64,000 nucleotides of DNA from Squalus acanthias (lineage: Eukaryota): NCBI GenBank assembly GCA_030390025.1, contig CM059432.1, positions 4,216,001-4,280,000 of the forward strand, written 5' to 3'. The notes under the pieces are model-generated. The model ran no database searches, was not told the origin of the DNA, and saw only the letters and a program-made list of their open reading frames with translations. Position 1 is the first letter of the stretch. Every line of letters begins with the position of its first letter. Below are positions 61,536 to 64,000 of this stretch, piece by piece. Position numbers and translations under genes: made by a program.

Positions 61536-63605
61536 GGCCGCCAATTTAATTGAGGAGGCGGGATGGGGGGCGGGTCAGCTGGTTTCCGAGTTCCGGGTTC
61601 CGGTCCTGCCCCCAGCTGCCTCCGCTCTGCAGACGTGATTTTCCCTTGATTGGCCTTGTTAAGCCCCGCCCAGCGGGCTTCTCGGCCAATTAACAGGAAG
61701 CGGGTCTGACGACGCCATTTGATGACACATCATCAGCCGGTTTCCTTAAAGGGACCACGTCCACATGGAGTTTGATAGTTGTTCTGTCAGTGTTTGACTG
61801 CACAAAGGTGAACGCTTGCACCCAGGCTCTCCAATGATCCCTCCATATGCTTATGGAGGGAGTCACAGCATGCAGGGAGGTTCTCTTCCCTTCCAAGGGT
61901 GGAAGAGACCTCCCCAGGACACCAACTTACCTTGAACCTCCACCCAACCCTCTCTATCTACTTTATCACTTCCCCATCTCACTAGCCACCCCTCACAATC
62001 ACCCTCATCCTACTGCAAGCATATCAACTAACAACACACAAGGGTAGGCACTTGAGAGGTTTAGCCAATGTCCATGTGAAGTTTCTGGTAATGTGTTGTC
62101 ATACAGTGAAATCTCTTTTTCCAAAAGTGCCCCTTATTGGACAGATCTGAGCGCACCTTGAGAAGTGTCTTACTGAGTTCCAGTGATTGTTCAGTCATAA
62201 GAACATAAGAACATAAGAAATAGGAGCAGGAGTAGACCAATCGGCCCCTCGAGCCTGCTCCGCCATTCAATGAGATCATGGCTGATCTGATCCAACCTCA
62301 ACTCTAAAGAACACAAGAAGTAGGAGCAGGACCAGGCCACTCGGCCCCTGGGCCCGCTCCGCCACCCACAGGGCCTTGACCGATCCGAACTCACTCATGT
62401 CCAATTTCCAGCCCGCTCCCTGCAACCCCTAATTCCCTTTACTTCTAGGAAACGGTCTATTTCTGTTTTAAATTTATTTAATGAAGTAGCTTCCACAGCT
62501 TCCTGGGGTAGCAAATTCCACAGACCCACTACCCTCTGAGTGAAAAACTTTCTCCTCATCTCAGCTTTGAAAGATCAGCCCCTTATTCTAAGATTATGTC
62601 CCCTAGTTCTAGTTTCACCCATCATTGGGAACATCCTCACCGCGTCCACCCGATCAAGCCCCTTCACAATCTTATATGTTTCAATCAGATCGCCTCTCAT
62701 TCTTCTGAACTCCAATGAGTAGAGTCCCAATCTACTCAACCTCCCCGCCCCCCCCCCCCCCCACCCCCGTTATAGTGGTGAGTGTGTATGGAATAGCTTG
62801 GACATTAAAGGGATGCTTCACCGTGTTGGTGTGGGATGGTGTCAACCTGGCGCATCATGTGGCAGCCAGGGTTTACAGCATCAACTGAAGTAAATCTGGC
62901 CATGGTGATGCCATTGCTGGCCTCCCGGGCTGCAATTTTATCAGGGACTGATGCCCTGTGTCCAGTGCAGCATCAGGTGATGGCGGAGAAGGTTGGTGAT
63001 GAGGTTGGCGATGTTGGTGTTGGGGCTGATCGTGGAAGGATTCGGAGGACCAAGGTCTGATTGTTTCATTGGCTCCGATGTTGCTGGAATAGATGGCAGC
63101 TGCAGGTGAGATGAAAGAAGTGATCTGTCACTGGTGAGAGAGGTTTTCCCAATGAGGTGGCACTGGACATACAGATGGATCTAAAAACTTGTAAGCTAAA
63201 GAAATCTCTATATGTATTAAAAATGCAGTAACCAACATTTTCTGTGCTCTGAAACTCACCATCTCCAACATGGCATCCTTGACACCACTTCTGCAGCTGT
63301 CAGCTTTTCACAAACATCAGAGCAGACTCAAAACACGCCAGCTTGAGCTGGCGTGTTCCCCGAACAGCAGGTAACCCGTGGGGGAGAAGGTAAAATTAGA
63401 AGTAAGCCTTAACAAGCCATTTAAGTAGCTGAATTGTCTCCCCTGCGCTTGGTGTCAGGTCAGATCTGTGCTGACAGACCCGACACCCGGGAGACTCGCG
63501 TGGAGGCGGGTTGACCTTGGGTTTCCTACCCGCTGTCAATCTTTGCTATTTTGACAGCGGACCCGCCTCCAAACCTGCCCCCTCAGTGCTATTAAATTTG
63601 CGGCC
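61536..63605. mobile_element. Non-autonomous Harbinger-type element with 3-bp TSD
   Basis: TIRs GGCCGCCAATTTAAT / ATTAAATTTGCGGCC and perfect TSD GTT. Myb/SANT-like remnant at about 61815-61910 (HMLMEGVTACREVLFP). CR1 insert at about 62196-62742. Confidence 0.85.
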
Positions 63606-63842
63606 GTTAACTCTGTTGCTCTCTCCACAGATGCTGCCTGACCTGCTGAGTGTTTCCAGCATTTTCTGTTTCTATAATGTTTTACATATCCTTGACTTTA
63701 TGACACTTGAAAACATTAATTAAAAAAAAACATATCTTATTATTACACCTTGCCATGGCACTTAGCAGGGTCTAGGGGGACCGTTTGTTGTAGTGATATT
63801 GCTCTCCAATAACAGTTTTGTTAGAATGTAAATTGCCTGCAG

Positions 63843-64000
63843 TAAGAACATAAGAATTAGGAGCAGGGGTAGGCCATTCGGCCCCTCGAGCCTGCTCCAC
63901 CATTCAATAAGATCATGGCCAGATCCGATTTTGGCCTCAGCTCCCCATAGCCCTTGATTCCCCTGTTTTTCAAATGTCTGTCTATCTCCGCCTTGAATAT
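63843..64000 (-). mobile_element. CR1 3' end running off the window
   Basis: TAAGAACATAAGAA tail and CR1 3' UTR. Confidence 0.85.

Noticed and set aside
1..64000. CRISPR array, prokaryotic operon or retron-type system
   Set aside because: No regularly spaced repeats or operon structure. All RT motifs belong to vertebrate non-LTR retrotransposons.

Overview
Eukaryotic, repeat-dense DNA. The repeat repertoire fits a cartilaginous fish, probably a shark (inferred from the repeat families, not proven). I could not identify any host protein-coding exon, and nearly all long ORFs are transposon-derived. The window contains many nested CR1 LINEs with 8-bp microsatellite tails, one of them near full length with a GDSL/SGNH-esterase ORF1. 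It also has a second CR1/L2-group LINE family ('LINE-B'), L2 3' ends, a tail-to-tail pair of RTE 3' ends and tRNA-derived DeuSINE-type SINEs. Other elements are Penelope-like (GIY-YIG) fragments, a 229-bp solo LTR, a decayed but complete two-gene PIF/Harbinger transposon (48634-52588) and many Harbinger-type MITEs. Five observations stand out. (1) Two Penelope-type repeat families carry minimal hammerhead-ribozyme motifs with visible covariation. (2) Three or four different Harbinger-type elements inserted at the predicted cleavage triplet of one of these motifs. (3) A TSD-flanked 581-bp foldback element has a ribozyme motif on each strand. (4) A TSD-flanked CR1 derivative joins the 5' end directly to the 3' end. 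(5) The Harbinger ends share CRE and TTAAAGGG motifs. Boundaries without a stated TSD or TIR are approximate.
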